Positions 35,886-45,976 are shown, numbered from the stretch's first letter. The stretch is DNA of 64,000 nt from an uncultured Gemmatimonadales bacterium (GCA_963779755.1 CAVZZO010000001.1:512001-576000), one strand, 5' to 3'. Made by a program: numbers and translations. The notes: generated from the letters alone by a model not told the origin.

Positions 35886-37253
35886 GTGAGCCGCCGGAAC
35901 TTCCTGAAGAATAGCGCGGTCGTGGGGGTGGCGGCGTTCGCCGGCGGCCTCCCTGCGGGTCCGTTTGCTCTGCCGCGACCGGTGCCCACGGCGGCGCAGC
36001 TGCGCTGGCAGCAGGACGAGCTGGCGATGTTCCTCCACTTCGGGGTCAATACCTTCACCGACCGGGAATGGGGGCTGGGAGACGAGGATCCCGCGATCTT
36101 CAACCCGGCGTCTCTGGATGCCCGCCAGTGGGCGCGGGTGGCCCGCGCAACCGGCTTCCGGGCGATGATCCTCACCGCCAAGCATCACGACGGCTTCTGT
36201 CTCTGGCCCACCCGTACCACCGCGCACTCGGTCGCGTCCAGCCCCTGGCGCGGGGGCGGGGGCGACGTTGTCCGGGAGTTCGTGGATGCCTGCCGAAGCG
36301 AAGGGCTGCGGCCGGGACTCTACCTCTCTCCCTGGGACCGGAACGCACCCAGCTACGGCGATTCTCCGCGGTATAACGACTTCTACTGCGAGCAGCTGAC
36401 GGAGTTGCTCACCTGGTATGGTACTCTGGCCGAGGTCTGGTTCGACGGCGCCAACGGCGAGGGGCCCGACGGCCGCCGCCAGGCGTACGACTGGCCCAGG
36501 GTCTTCGGTACCGTCCGCCGACTGCAACCCGAGGCGGTGATCTTCTCGGATGCGGGGCCGGATATCCGCTGGATCGGCAACGAGGACGGCGTGGCGGGAG
36601 ACCCGAACTGGTCGCTGGTCGATCCCGCCGCCGTGCCCTATCCCGGCGCTTCCGGGCCGGGCATCATCGCCATGCTGCAGCACGGTGACCCCGATGGGAC
36701 GGCCTGGCGCCCGGGCGAAACGGATGTCTCCATCCGGCCGGGATGGTTCCATCACCCCGCGGAGGATGAGCGAGTGAAGACGCCGGAGCGGCTGGAGGAG
36801 ATCTACTTCTCCTCCGTGGGGCGGAACTCCAAGCTGCTGCTCAACGTGCCGCCGGCGAAGAACGGCCGCATCGCGGCGCCGGACGCCGCCAGCCTCCAGG
36901 GGTTCCACGATCGCATGCGCCGGCATTTCGAAAGCGATCTGGGGGCAAACGGGGAGTACCGATGGACCGTGGACCGGACCGGCAGGTCGGGACACGGCGA
37001 GCTCCGGCTCTCGCGCCCAGCCACAGCGGCGACCCTGGCGCTGGAGGAGGACATCCGGCTGAACCAGGTGGTGGGACGATACGTCGTCTCCGGCTTTGAC
37101 GGGACCGCTTGGCGGGAGCTGTCCCGGGGCGAGACTATCGGCTACCGGAAGCTGGACCGCTTCGAGCCGCTCCGCCTGGAACAGGTGCGGCTCTCGGTCG
37201 AGGCCGTGGCGGCACCCATCCCGCCCGTGCGCCTGCGGCTCTTCGCCGGCTGA
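35886..37253 (+). CDS. Alpha-L-fucosidase (GH29, likely subfamily B), Tat-exported
   Basis: SRRNFLK Tat motif; FLHFGVNTFTDREWG, KHHDGFCLWP, WFDGA, RWIGNE and ETDVSIRPGWF. Confidence 0.9.
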   Translation: MSRRNFLKNSAVVGVAAFAGGLPAGPFALPRPVPTAAQLRWQQDELAMFLHFGVNTFTDREWGLGDEDPAIFNPASLDARQWARVARATGFRAMILTAKHHDGFCLWPTRTTAHSVASSPWRGGGGDVVREFVDACRSEGLRPGLYLSPWDRNAPSYGDSPRYNDFYCEQLTELLTWYGTLAEVWFDGANGEGPDGRRQAYDWPRVFGTVRRLQPEAVIFSDAGPDIRWIGNEDGVAGDPNWSLVDPAAVPYPGASGPGIIAMLQHGDPDGTAWRPGETDVSIRPGWFHHPAEDERVKTPERLEEIYFSSVGRNSKLLLNVPPAKNGRIAAPDAASLQGFHDRMRRHFESDLGANGEYRWTVDRTGRSGHGELRLSRPATAATLALEEDIRLNQVVGRYVVSGFDGTAWRELSRGETIGYRKLDRFEPLRLEQVRLSVEAVAAPIPPVRLRLFAG

Positions 37254-37336
37254 TCATCCGGGGTCGCTACCCCGCCGCGGCGGAGTCCGGTAGTTTCCTA
37301 CACCCCGAATCTCTCAACTCATTCCGGACCGGAGTC

Positions 37337-38200
37337 ATGGCGAACCTCGGCTCATACCATCCCCATATCGTCCATTTCGTCGTAGCCCTCGGGTTGCTCG
37401 GTGTCGTCCTCCGGCTCGTCTCGCTCACCGGGAAGCTGCGGTGGACCAGGCCGGCTGGAACCCTGTTGCTGGTGCTCACCGCCATCGCGAGCTACGTGGC
37501 GGTGAAGTCGGGCCACGAAGCCCATGAGCTGGTCGAACGTATTCCCGGGGTGGCCCCGGCGGTTCGCGCGCACGAGGAGCTGGGTGAAGAAACCCGGAAC
37601 CTGTTCATTGCCGTCGCGGTGGTGGACCTCATCGGCCTGGCGATGACGCGCCGGGAAAAGCTGCAGCGCCTGATCTTCGCGGTCTCCGGCGTGGGCGGCA
37701 TCGTCGCCTCGGTGGTCCTGGTCAAGGCGGCGGACAAGGGCGGCAACCTGGTGTATTCCTATATCGGCGGCCCGGGGCTGCGTACCGGGAAACCGGAGGA
37801 CATCCAGCGACTGCTGATCGCCGGGCTGTATGAGGGCGCCCTGGCCGCCCGGAAGGAAGGCAGGAGCGAACAGGCCGCGCGTCTGACGGACGAACTGGTG
37901 CGGGCTGCGCCCAACGATACCGCGATCATGTTCGTCGCCGCCGAGTCGGCCATCCGGGACCGGCACGATCCCCGGGCCGCCCTGGCCATGGTGGACAGCA
38001 TCCAGGCGTCACCCGCCAACCGGCGCGTGATGATCCAGAAGGCCTCCCTGCAAGCCGAGGCCTACCGCGCGCTGCAGATGCCCGACTCGGCGACGGCCGT
38101 GCTGGACGACCTGGTTCGGCGCTACCCCGACGACCGCTTCCTGAAGGGCATGGTGGCGCGGATGAAGAATCCGGGCCGCGGGGAGGGCGAGCGGGAGTAG
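37337..38200 (+). CDS. DUF2231-like membrane protein with C-terminal TPR-like helices
   Basis: HPHIVHF motif, four TM segments, HEE and GGNLVY; GGAG RBS. Confidence 0.75.
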   Translation: MANLGSYHPHIVHFVVALGLLGVVLRLVSLTGKLRWTRPAGTLLLVLTAIASYVAVKSGHEAHELVERIPGVAPAVRAHEELGEETRNLFIAVAVVDLIGLAMTRREKLQRLIFAVSGVGGIVASVVLVKAADKGGNLVYSYIGGPGLRTGKPEDIQRLLIAGLYEGALAARKEGRSEQAARLTDELVRAAPNDTAIMFVAAESAIRDRHDPRAALAMVDSIQASPANRRVMIQKASLQAEAYRALQMPDSATAVLDDLVRRYPDDRFLKGMVARMKNPGRGEGERE

Positions 38201-38350
38201 GACGGGAGAAAGACGGGAAGAAGACGGGAAGAAGACGGGAAGAAGACGGGAGAAAGACGGGAGAAAGACGGGAGAAAGACGGGAATAGGATGCAAGGGCC
38301 ATCCTTCCCGTCTCTTTTCCGTCCTTTTTCCGTCTTCTTCCGTCCTTTTT
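38201..38350. repeat. 11-bp tandem repeat (GACGGGAGAAA/GACGGGAAGAA) x8 followed by four degenerate inverted units
   Basis: Counted directly; fills the gap between convergent stop codons. Confidence 0.92.
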
Positions 38351-39025
38351 CTACCCCGCAAAGCAGTAGTTGCAGCCCTGTTCCTGGGCGCGCCCTACCG
38401 CCATCACGCCGGAGGGGACGACCTGGATGCCGGGAATGAGATTCGCCACCCATTCCTTCTTGACGTCGTCGGCGTTCAGGTTCATCTCCTTCGCGTACGC
38501 CCCGCTGTAGACGGTGAGCGCCATGTTGCAGACTCCGACCAGTGTGCCGGAATTGACCAGTTCGGCAATGCCCAGTCCGGGAATCGGCAGGCCTTCGATC
38601 TTGGCGTAGATGTTCCGCTTGGCGGGCGACTCGCCGTCCTTGATGCCGAGCTTCTCGCCGAAGGGATACTTGGCCCACATGGCATCGTTGAGCGCCAGGG
38701 GCATTGCCTCGTGCCGCAGGATCACCACCGCCGTGTCGTCGGCATCCGTGGTGCCGTAGGTGGAGTTCATGGTCATGAGGTAGATCCGGGGCCAGATCCC
38801 CGGCATGCCGCCGTTCGGCAGGGGCGAATCGAAGACCATCCGGTGCTTGCCCTTGATCTTGCCGAACCAGGCTTCCAGCTGGGGGTCGATGCCGCCGGAG
38901 AGCGGCGGGGTTTCGGCCGCGATGCGCCCGCCGGGCACCAGCTCCGCCAGGCCGAATGCGGCGGCGCTGGCTGCCAGGGTGGCCACGAAGCCGCGCCGGT
39001 GGGTGGAAATCGGGAAATCACCCAT
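38351..39025 (-). CDS. Tat-exported protein, possibly DsrE/F-like fold
   Basis: HRRGFV Tat motif; GVCNMAL and VVPSGVMAVGRAQEQGCNY resemble DsrE-like C-termini. GGAGGA RBS. Confidence 0.65.
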   Translation of the reverse strand: MGDFPISTHRRGFVATLAASAAAFGLAELVPGGRIAAETPPLSGGIDPQLEAWFGKIKGKHRMVFDSPLPNGGMPGIWPRIYLMTMNSTYGTTDADDTAVVILRHEAMPLALNDAMWAKYPFGEKLGIKDGESPAKRNIYAKIEGLPIPGLGIAELVNSGTLVGVCNMALTVYSGAYAKEMNLNADDVKKEWVANLIPGIQVVPSGVMAVGRAQEQGCNYCFAG

Positions 39026-39142
39026 GGTGTCCTCCTGGGAATGGGGGTGGGTCCGGGGAACGTATGCTAAGGTCTGGGGCGGAAACGGTCCAGCCCCCCG
39101 AGGGGAAGCGGAGGGCTGGACCCTCTCAGCGGTTCCGGGGGG

Positions 39143-41056
39143 TCACCGGGCGGTCCAGACGTTGTCCCCCGGTGCCACATCCTGGAAACGGTATTCCGGG
39201 TCCACCGTTATCAGCACAAGTTCCTTGCTGCCAACAACTTCGGAGACAACAACCGACCGCGCGCCGGAGAACCACACGGCCGCCGGCCGCCGGACGGTGG
39301 TGGAGGTTCCGTCGGCAAAATCGAGCTTCAGAATGACCGGCATGGCCATCTGGCCGTGGTCGGTCACCTCGATGCGGACCGCGCTCCCCTCCCGGGAGAC
39401 GGCGCCGATGCCCTGGTCGAAGGTATCGGTGGTGAACCACCAGGCGTTCCAGAACCAGCCCAGGTCCCGCCCCAGCCGGTGCTGCATGAAGAAGAAGAAG
39501 TCCCAGGGCGAGGGGTGTTTGAACCGCCAGGCCCGGGCATAGGCGCTGAAGGCCGCCTGTACCGCGGAGTCGCCCACCACGCCGCCCAGGGCGTGGAGTG
39601 CCAGCGGCGCCTTTACGTAGGCCTGGAGAGTATAGAGCGGGCCGGCCCAGTCGCTGGGCCACATCATCGGCGGCTCCAGTTCGGCGCCGGCCACCTGCCG
39701 GTAGTACTGGCCTTCCTGCTTCCAGTCGGTCGGCTGGTGGTCGTAGTCCTCCTGCGCCGCGTTGTCGATGAAGTCGTTGAAGCCTTCGTCCTGCCAGCCG
39801 TACCAGGTCTCGTTGGATCCGACCATCATGGGGAACCACTCGTGTCCCAACTCGTGGGTGGTGACGCCGAAGCCGGGGCCGGAGAAGATGATCATGGGAT
39901 ACTCCATGCCGGTCTCCGGGCCGTCGGTCTGCGTGGCCTGGGGAAAGGCGTACGGCATGACATACCGGGAGTGGTGCTCCAGGGCGAACCTTGCCAGCTG
40001 GGCGGTTTTCTGGAACCGGGTGTGCTCCGGGTAGTACAGCTCCTGCACCAGGGTCGGCGCCGGCGTGCGGGCGTGGGTGGCGTCCCAGACGAAGTTGCGT
40101 GAGGCGGCGAAGGCGAAGTCGTTCACCGTATCGGCGGTAAAGTGCCAGGTGAGCGAGTCGGCCGCCAGGGTGGCCTTCCCCGCGCCGCGACCGCCGGCAG
40201 CCACCACATGGACCGTGCTGTCCACCTTCATGGCGAGTGCCAGGCGGTCGCGGACCTGGCGGGGCAGGACGTCGGCCGGATTGGCCAGGGTCCCGGTGGC
40301 GCCCACCAGCCAGCCGGCGGGGAGGGTGATCCGCACATCGAACCGGCCGAACTGATTGTAGAACTCGCCGATGCCGAGGTAGGGGTCGTTATCCCATCCC
40401 CGCAGGTCGTTGTACATCGCCACCTGGGGGTACCACTGCGCCACCTGGTACAGCTCATGATCCCAGCGCCCCATCCGCTCGGCGCGCTTCGAGCGGTCCA
40501 CGTTGGGGACGGTGAAGTGCCAGGCGACGTCCAGGGTGGCGGTCGCCCCCGGCATGACGGGGGCCGCGAGGCGGAGGAAGGCTACGGTTCCGGCAACCCG
40601 CCAGGTGCTGTCGCTGGTATCCACGACCGCGCCGTTCACCGCCAGGCGTTCCACGGTCATGCCGGTGGTGATGTCGGTGACGTAATCGTTGCGGCTCACT
40701 TCCGGCGTGTAATAGTTCTGGAAGAGCCGCAGGACGATCATCTTGAGCGTGTCGGGAGAGCTGTTGTGCAGGCTGATGGTTTCCCTGCCCTGCAGCACCG
40801 CCGTCGCCACATCGAGCGAGGCGTCGATGCGATAGTCCACCGCCTGCTGCCAGTAGTTCGGGCCGGGCCGCCCGGTCGAGTCGCGGGTCCCGGCGGCAAA
40901 GGCGCGGCGGATCATCGGCCCCATCGGGAGGAGGCGCTGGACGGCTCGGGGCGGAAGCCCGCTCGTATCCGGCGGGGCGGCCGGGGTCTGGGCATACAGC
41001 GCCGGGACAACGAGAAGGGCGAGAAATACGGGGAGAATCGGCCCTGGCCGGGGCAT
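39143..41056 (-). CDS. M1 family metallo-aminopeptidase
   Basis: YWQQ..DY.I, AQWYP, GMEYP, HELGH followed by DEG 18 residues later, and W.FKHP.P.DFF. Confidence 0.92.
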   Translation of the reverse strand: MPRPGPILPVFLALLVVPALYAQTPAAPPDTSGLPPRAVQRLLPMGPMIRRAFAAGTRDSTGRPGPNYWQQAVDYRIDASLDVATAVLQGRETISLHNSSPDTLKMIVLRLFQNYYTPEVSRNDYVTDITTGMTVERLAVNGAVVDTSDSTWRVAGTVAFLRLAAPVMPGATATLDVAWHFTVPNVDRSKRAERMGRWDHELYQVAQWYPQVAMYNDLRGWDNDPYLGIGEFYNQFGRFDVRITLPAGWLVGATGTLANPADVLPRQVRDRLALAMKVDSTVHVVAAGGRGAGKATLAADSLTWHFTADTVNDFAFAASRNFVWDATHARTPAPTLVQELYYPEHTRFQKTAQLARFALEHHSRYVMPYAFPQATQTDGPETGMEYPMIIFSGPGFGVTTHELGHEWFPMMVGSNETWYGWQDEGFNDFIDNAAQEDYDHQPTDWKQEGQYYRQVAGAELEPPMMWPSDWAGPLYTLQAYVKAPLALHALGGVVGDSAVQAAFSAYARAWRFKHPSPWDFFFFMQHRLGRDLGWFWNAWWFTTDTFDQGIGAVSREGSAVRIEVTDHGQMAMPVILKLDFADGTSTTVRRPAAVWFSGARSVVVSEVVGSKELVLITVDPEYRFQDVAPGDNVWTAR

Positions 41057-41089
41057 GGCTGCTCCATTCTGGTTTGACGGAGTGTAGTG

Positions 41090-41177
41090 CAAAGACGCAG
41101 AGACCGCGAAGAGGTGCGAAGGACAGGCTCGCCCTGAAGGAGAAACCTAGCGTCCCTTCGCGCCTTTCGCGTCTTTG
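41090..41177. repeat. Imperfect inverted repeat with short-period arms between divergent genes
   Basis: CAAAGACGCAGAGACCGCGAAG ... CTTCGCGCCTTTCGCGTCTTTG. Confidence 0.7.
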
Positions 41178-41292
41178 GGCTTCAGGGGGAAACCTCGCCC
41201 CCAGCCTTGCCGTAAAGGCAGCATTCCAGCCACATTCGGGGGGCTTTTTTCTCCCGGCCCCGCCGGTTACCTCCTGCAACGAGCCGCCGACC

Positions 41293-43530
41293 ATGCGTGC
41301 GAATCTGACGGTGTCCTTCCTGGCCCTTCTGCTGCTGCCGGCCACCGCCGGGGCGCAGCAGAAGGCCACGTTCAAGTCGCTGGGCGAGGCGATGACCGCC
41401 TCGGGAATTCTCAGCGGCCGCTCCGGCCCCCGGAACGTCAACTGGATCGACGGCGGGAAGCGGTTTTCCTACATCGCCCGGGGCGACTCGGGCGAAGAGA
41501 TCCGGGCCACCGATCCCGCGACCGGGCAGGACAACCTGCTCTTCCGGGCGAGCGGCATGACCTTCCCCGACACCAGCGAGGCGTTCAGCTACCGCTCGTT
41601 TCAGTGGTCGCAGGATTCCCGCCACCTGATCTTCCAGACCCACTTCAAGCCGATCTTCCGCCGGTCGGGCACGGCCGACTACTACGTCTACTCCCTGGAC
41701 GACCACGCGCTCCAGCTGGCGGCCCAGGGCGCCCGGACCGCCGAGTTGTCGCCCGACGGCGGCATGCTGGGTTATGAGCGTGGCGGCGATCTCTTCGCCT
41801 ACGACCTGGCGGGCAAACGGGAGACGCGTCTCACTACCGGCGGCAACGACACCGTTTTCAATGGGCATTTCGACTGGGTGTACGAAGAGGAGTTCGGGAT
41901 GGCCCAGGCGTGGAACTGGTCGCCCGACAGCCGGCATATCGCCTACTGGCAGGTGGATGAGAGTGCCGAGCCGGTCATTCAGCTCACCGACTACAGCGGG
42001 AATCATCCCGATTGGTGGAAGCTGCGGATCCCCCAGCCCGGCGACTCGAATCCCACGGTGAAGATCGGAGTCGTGGACGTGAAGACGGGCAAGCAGGTCT
42101 GGCTCGACCCCGGGATCACGGGCGACTACTACGTGCCCCGGATCTACTGGACCAGCCGGCCCGATACCCTGGCGGTGCTGACCCTGAACCGGCCGCAGAA
42201 CCGGATGCAGCTCTTCTTCTTCGACGTGACCACCGGCGGCAAGCGCCTGGTCATGACCGACACCTCCAGCACCTGGATCGACGTGTACGACTTCTACGCC
42301 GGCATCCAGGACATGATGTCCTTCCCCGCGGGAAAGACCGAGTTCTTCTGGATCAGCGACCGCGACGGGTGGCAGCACGTGTACCGGTACGACTACTCCG
42401 GGAAGCTGATGAACCAGGTCACGAAGGGGAATTGGAGCGTCACCCGGATCGAAGGCATCGACCCCGGGAGCAAGACCATCTACTACACCTCCACCCAGGC
42501 GTCGCCGCTCCAGCGGCAGCTCTATGCCGTGGGGTTCGACGGCAAGCATCAGCGCCGCCTGACCGAATCGCGCGGGACGCATTCGATCGACATGTCCCCC
42601 GATACCCGCTACTACATCGACCGCTGGTCGGCGGTGGACCAGCCCCGGCAGGTGGAGCTGTGGGCCACCGGCGGAAAAATGCTGAAGAAGATGGAGGACA
42701 ACGCCGCCACCTCAAAGTGGCTGGAAACGCACGCCTATTCGCCGCTGCGGCTCTTCAGCTTCACGACGTCCGACTCGGTGCGGCTGGACGGCTCGCTGAT
42801 CCTGCCGCCGGCCTTCGACTCCACCACCGGGCACCCGGTGGTGCTGTCCATCTACGGCGGCCCCGGATCGCAGCAGGTATACGACAGCTGGAGCAGCAAC
42901 GGCTACACCCAGTGGCTGGCGCAGCAGGGCTACATCGTGGTGGGGCTCAACAACCGGGGCTCCAACAACTACGGCAGCGCCTTCGAGAAGATCGTCTACC
43001 AGCACCTGGGCAAGTGGGAAAGCCACGATTTCGCCGAGGTCGTCAAGTACCTGGATGCGAAGCCCTTCGTGGACGCCACCCGGGTCGCGATTATGGGCGG
43101 CAGCTATGGCGGGTACAGCACCGTCTACACCATGGAGATGTACCCCGATCTCTTCAGCGTAGGCATCGCCAATTCGGCGGTGACCGACTGGCGCTTCTAT
43201 GACACCATCTACACCGAGCGCTACATGAACCTGCTGGAGAGCAACAAGGAGGGATATGACTCCAGCTCGGCGGTGGTCAACGCGCCGAAGCTCAAGGGGC
43301 ACATCATGGTGGTCAACGGCATGATGGACGACAATGTCCATCCGCAGAACACCATGCAGCTGCTCACCGCGCTCACCAACGCGGGCCACGATGTGGATTT
43401 GCGGACCTATCCGCCCGGCCGCCACGGCTCGGCCTATAATGGCCCCAGTTTCATGCTGCTGCTCGACGTGCAGACCGACTATCTCCAGCGCTTCCTGAAG
43501 CCGGAGATGAGCGCGGGGGCGACGAAGTAA
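41293..43530 (+). CDS. S9B dipeptidyl peptidase IV-like protein
   Basis: Signal peptide, DWVYEEEF, GGSYGG, DDNVH and YP.GRH. Confidence 0.93.
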   Translation: MRANLTVSFLALLLLPATAGAQQKATFKSLGEAMTASGILSGRSGPRNVNWIDGGKRFSYIARGDSGEEIRATDPATGQDNLLFRASGMTFPDTSEAFSYRSFQWSQDSRHLIFQTHFKPIFRRSGTADYYVYSLDDHALQLAAQGARTAELSPDGGMLGYERGGDLFAYDLAGKRETRLTTGGNDTVFNGHFDWVYEEEFGMAQAWNWSPDSRHIAYWQVDESAEPVIQLTDYSGNHPDWWKLRIPQPGDSNPTVKIGVVDVKTGKQVWLDPGITGDYYVPRIYWTSRPDTLAVLTLNRPQNRMQLFFFDVTTGGKRLVMTDTSSTWIDVYDFYAGIQDMMSFPAGKTEFFWISDRDGWQHVYRYDYSGKLMNQVTKGNWSVTRIEGIDPGSKTIYYTSTQASPLQRQLYAVGFDGKHQRRLTESRGTHSIDMSPDTRYYIDRWSAVDQPRQVELWATGGKMLKKMEDNAATSKWLETHAYSPLRLFSFTTSDSVRLDGSLILPPAFDSTTGHPVVLSIYGGPGSQQVYDSWSSNGYTQWLAQQGYIVVGLNNRGSNNYGSAFEKIVYQHLGKWESHDFAEVVKYLDAKPFVDATRVAIMGGSYGGYSTVYTMEMYPDLFSVGIANSAVTDWRFYDTIYTERYMNLLESNKEGYDSSSAVVNAPKLKGHIMVVNGMMDDNVHPQNTMQLLTALTNAGHDVDLRTYPPGRHGSAYNGPSFMLLLDVQTDYLQRFLKPEMSAGATK

Positions 43531-43532
43531 TT

Positions 43533-44005
43533 CTTCGGCCCCTTCGCTTCGCTCAGGGCGACAATGCCGTCGATCGCGGCTCGGCCTGGGGAGAATTGTC
43601 ACCCTGAGGGAGCGCAGCGACCGAAGGGACCGAAACCGTACGCCAGGCTTCGGCCCCCTCGCTTCGCTCCGGGTGACAATGCTGTCGATCGCGGCTCGGC
43701 CTGGGGAGAGTTGTCACCCTGAGGGAGCGGAGCGACCGAAGGGGCCGAAACCGTACTCCGGGCTTCGGCCCCTTCGCTTCGCTCAGGGTGACAATGCCGT
43801 CGATCGCGGCTCGGCCTGGGGAGAGTTGTCACCCTGAGGGAGCGGAGCGACCGAAGGGGCCGAAACCGTACTCCAGGCTTCGGCCCCTTCGCTTCGCTCA
43901 GGGTGACAATGCCGTCGATCGCGGCTCGGCCTGGGGAGAGTTGTCACCCTGAGGGAGCGGAGCGACCGAAGGGGCCGAAACCATACCGAGTGCTTCGGCC
44001 CCTTC
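43533..44005. repeat. REP/BIME-like palindromic tandem array, 115-bp period, 4 units plus a partial unit
   Basis: CTTCGGCCCC at 43533, 43648, 43763, 43878 and 43993. Arms GTCACCCTGAG...GAAGGGGCCGAA and TTCGGCCCCTTC...CTCAGGGTGAC are inverted. Confidence 0.93.
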
Positions 44006-44134
44006 CCTGCTCACGCGCAAGGCCGTCACGCCGATTTCCCGATCTCTTTACTCCCATTTCTCCGTTCCCTGCTTTCTTGCGTTTTTGCGATCGGCCCCCA
44101 GATTGGTGCCACCTTCCGCCCCCGGAGTACAAGC

Positions 44135-45976
44135 TTGTACAACCTGCTTGCCGCCCTGCTCCTGATCGGGAGCGGGTTGGGTGTGTCTGCGCCCGATTCT
44201 CTCCCTGTCGTCAATGCCAACGAGAACCACCACCCTGCCGGCACCCTGGTCCGGGGCGAGCTTACCCTGCGGATGGTTGCCCGCGAGGCGCGCTGGTCGC
44301 CCGAAGACGGGGCAGGAGCGTTCCTGACTATCGCGTCCTTCGGGGAGGAGGGAAAGGCACCCACGAATCCGGGGCCGCTCATCCGTGTGCCGGAGGGGAC
44401 CACCATCCACGCGGTGGTGCGTAACGCGCTGGCCCGCCCGCTGGTGCTGCACGGGCTGGACAGCCGGCCGGGAAACGCCGCAGACACGCTCTTTATTCCC
44501 GCGGGCGAGACGCGGGAAGTGCGCTTCCCGGCGGGCGAGCCCGGGACCTATCTCTACTGGGGCAGCACCACGGGCGCGGCGTCACTCCAGCAACGACACG
44601 GGTATGAGAGCCAGCTGTCCGGGGCGTTCATCGTGGATGCCCCGGGCCCCGTGGCTTCCGACCGTATCATGGTCCTGGGAGTGTGGATTGACTCTCTGGA
44701 GATCGGTGGCCACCGGGACGAATACGAGTCGCCGGTCATCAACGGCCGCTCCTATCCTCATACGGTACCTGAGAACCTGACCGTCGGCGATTCGGTCCAC
44801 TGGCGGGTGATCAACACCAGCGACCGGTCCCATCCGATGCACCTCCACGGTTTCTTCTTCCGGATGCTGGCGCGGGGCGATATGGAGCGGGATACGGTGA
44901 TCGCGCCGGAACGGCGCTGGTTGGCGGTCACCGAGCACATGCCCCCGGGGGGAACGGCGCGAATGGAGTGGTCGCCCGACCGGCCGGGCAACTGGATCTT
45001 CCACTGCCACATCGTCTACCACATTCTCTGGCACACGACGCACCTGCCGCGCGGCGCGGCCGATACGATGCCGCCTGCCGGGATGCCCATGGCGGGGATG
45101 ATCATCCCGCTGCATATCCGGCCCGACCCCGACGCGCCCGTCGCCGCTGCCCCCACCGATACCCAGGATGTGCGGCTGGTGATCCAGCGGCGGGACGGTG
45201 TCTGGGATTCCCTCCCGGGGCTGGGCTACGTGATCCAGCACGGGGGCCAGCCCGCGGCGCCGGATTCGGTGAATATCCCGGGGTCACCCCTGGTGCTGAC
45301 GCGCGGCCGCTATGCCCGGATCGAGGTGGTCAATCATCTCAAGGAAAGCACGGTGGTGCACTGGCACGGGATGGAGATCCACAGCTATTACGACGGGGTC
45401 CCTGCCGTAAGCGGCTGGGGCACGCACATCGCGCCGCCCATCGCCGCCGGCGACAGTTTTGTGGTGGAGATGACGCCGCCCCGGGCCGGGACATTCATCT
45501 ACCACACCCACCTCGACGATCTCTGGCAGCTGGGGCACGGGCTGTACGGCCCGCTGATCGTGCTGAAACCGGGGGAGCATTACGACCCCGCCACGGACCA
45601 CGTGATATTCTTCAGCTTCCTCACCCCCGAAACCCTGGAAAACGTGCTGGTCAACGGGCATCGGCACCCCCGGCCGCTGGGCTTCCAGGCCGGCGTGCCG
45701 CAGCGGCTCCGGTTCATTTCCATGCCGACGGCGGGAGACATCCAGTATCGTCTGCTGGATGCCGACTCTTCCCTGGTGGACTGGCAGCCCGTGGCGAAGG
45801 ACGGAGCGGACCTGCCCCCGGCGGACCGTACGTCCGGGCCGGCGAGGTTCAACATCGATGTGGGGGAGACCTACGATTTCTCCTACACCCCGTCCCACCC
45901 CGGTCCCATGCGGCTGGAAATGTGGACCGGCAACGGAAAGCTGCTGGTGCGGACGATTCCGATCGAAGTGCGGTAG
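44135..45976 (+). CDS. Multicopper oxidase with atypical four-cupredoxin-domain layout
   Basis: Signal peptide; HPMHLHG and HCHIVYH precede HWHG and YHTH. TTG start is uncertain. Confidence 0.85.
   Translation: MYNLLAALLLIGSGLGVSAPDSLPVVNANENHHPAGTLVRGELTLRMVAREARWSPEDGAGAFLTIASFGEEGKAPTNPGPLIRVPEGTTIHAVVRNALARPLVLHGLDSRPGNAADTLFIPAGETREVRFPAGEPGTYLYWGSTTGAASLQQRHGYESQLSGAFIVDAPGPVASDRIMVLGVWIDSLEIGGHRDEYESPVINGRSYPHTVPENLTVGDSVHWRVINTSDRSHPMHLHGFFFRMLARGDMERDTVIAPERRWLAVTEHMPPGGTARMEWSPDRPGNWIFHCHIVYHILWHTTHLPRGAADTMPPAGMPMAGMIIPLHIRPDPDAPVAAAPTDTQDVRLVIQRRDGVWDSLPGLGYVIQHGGQPAAPDSVNIPGSPLVLTRGRYARIEVVNHLKESTVVHWHGMEIHSYYDGVPAVSGWGTHIAPPIAAGDSFVVEMTPPRAGTFIYHTHLDDLWQLGHGLYGPLIVLKPGEHYDPATDHVIFFSFLTPETLENVLVNGHRHPRPLGFQAGVPQRLRFISMPTAGDIQYRLLDADSSLVDWQPVAKDGADLPPADRTSGPARFNIDVGETYDFSYTPSHPGPMRLEMWTGNGKLLVRTIPIEVR

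Noticed and set aside
34757..37253. Apparent long head-to-head overlap between the AI-2E transporter and fucosidase ORFs
   Set aside because: Artefact of longest-ORF starts; motif-based starts (35812 minus, 35886 plus) do not overlap.
41226..41252. Intrinsic terminator or attenuator before the S9 gene (AGCC...GGCT then a T run)
   Set aside because: The stem is short and imperfect, and no leader peptide or riboswitch is recognisable.
43533..44005. CRISPR array
   Set aside because: The linkers between palindromes are near-identical rather than unique spacers, the period is 115 bp, and no cas genes are in the window.
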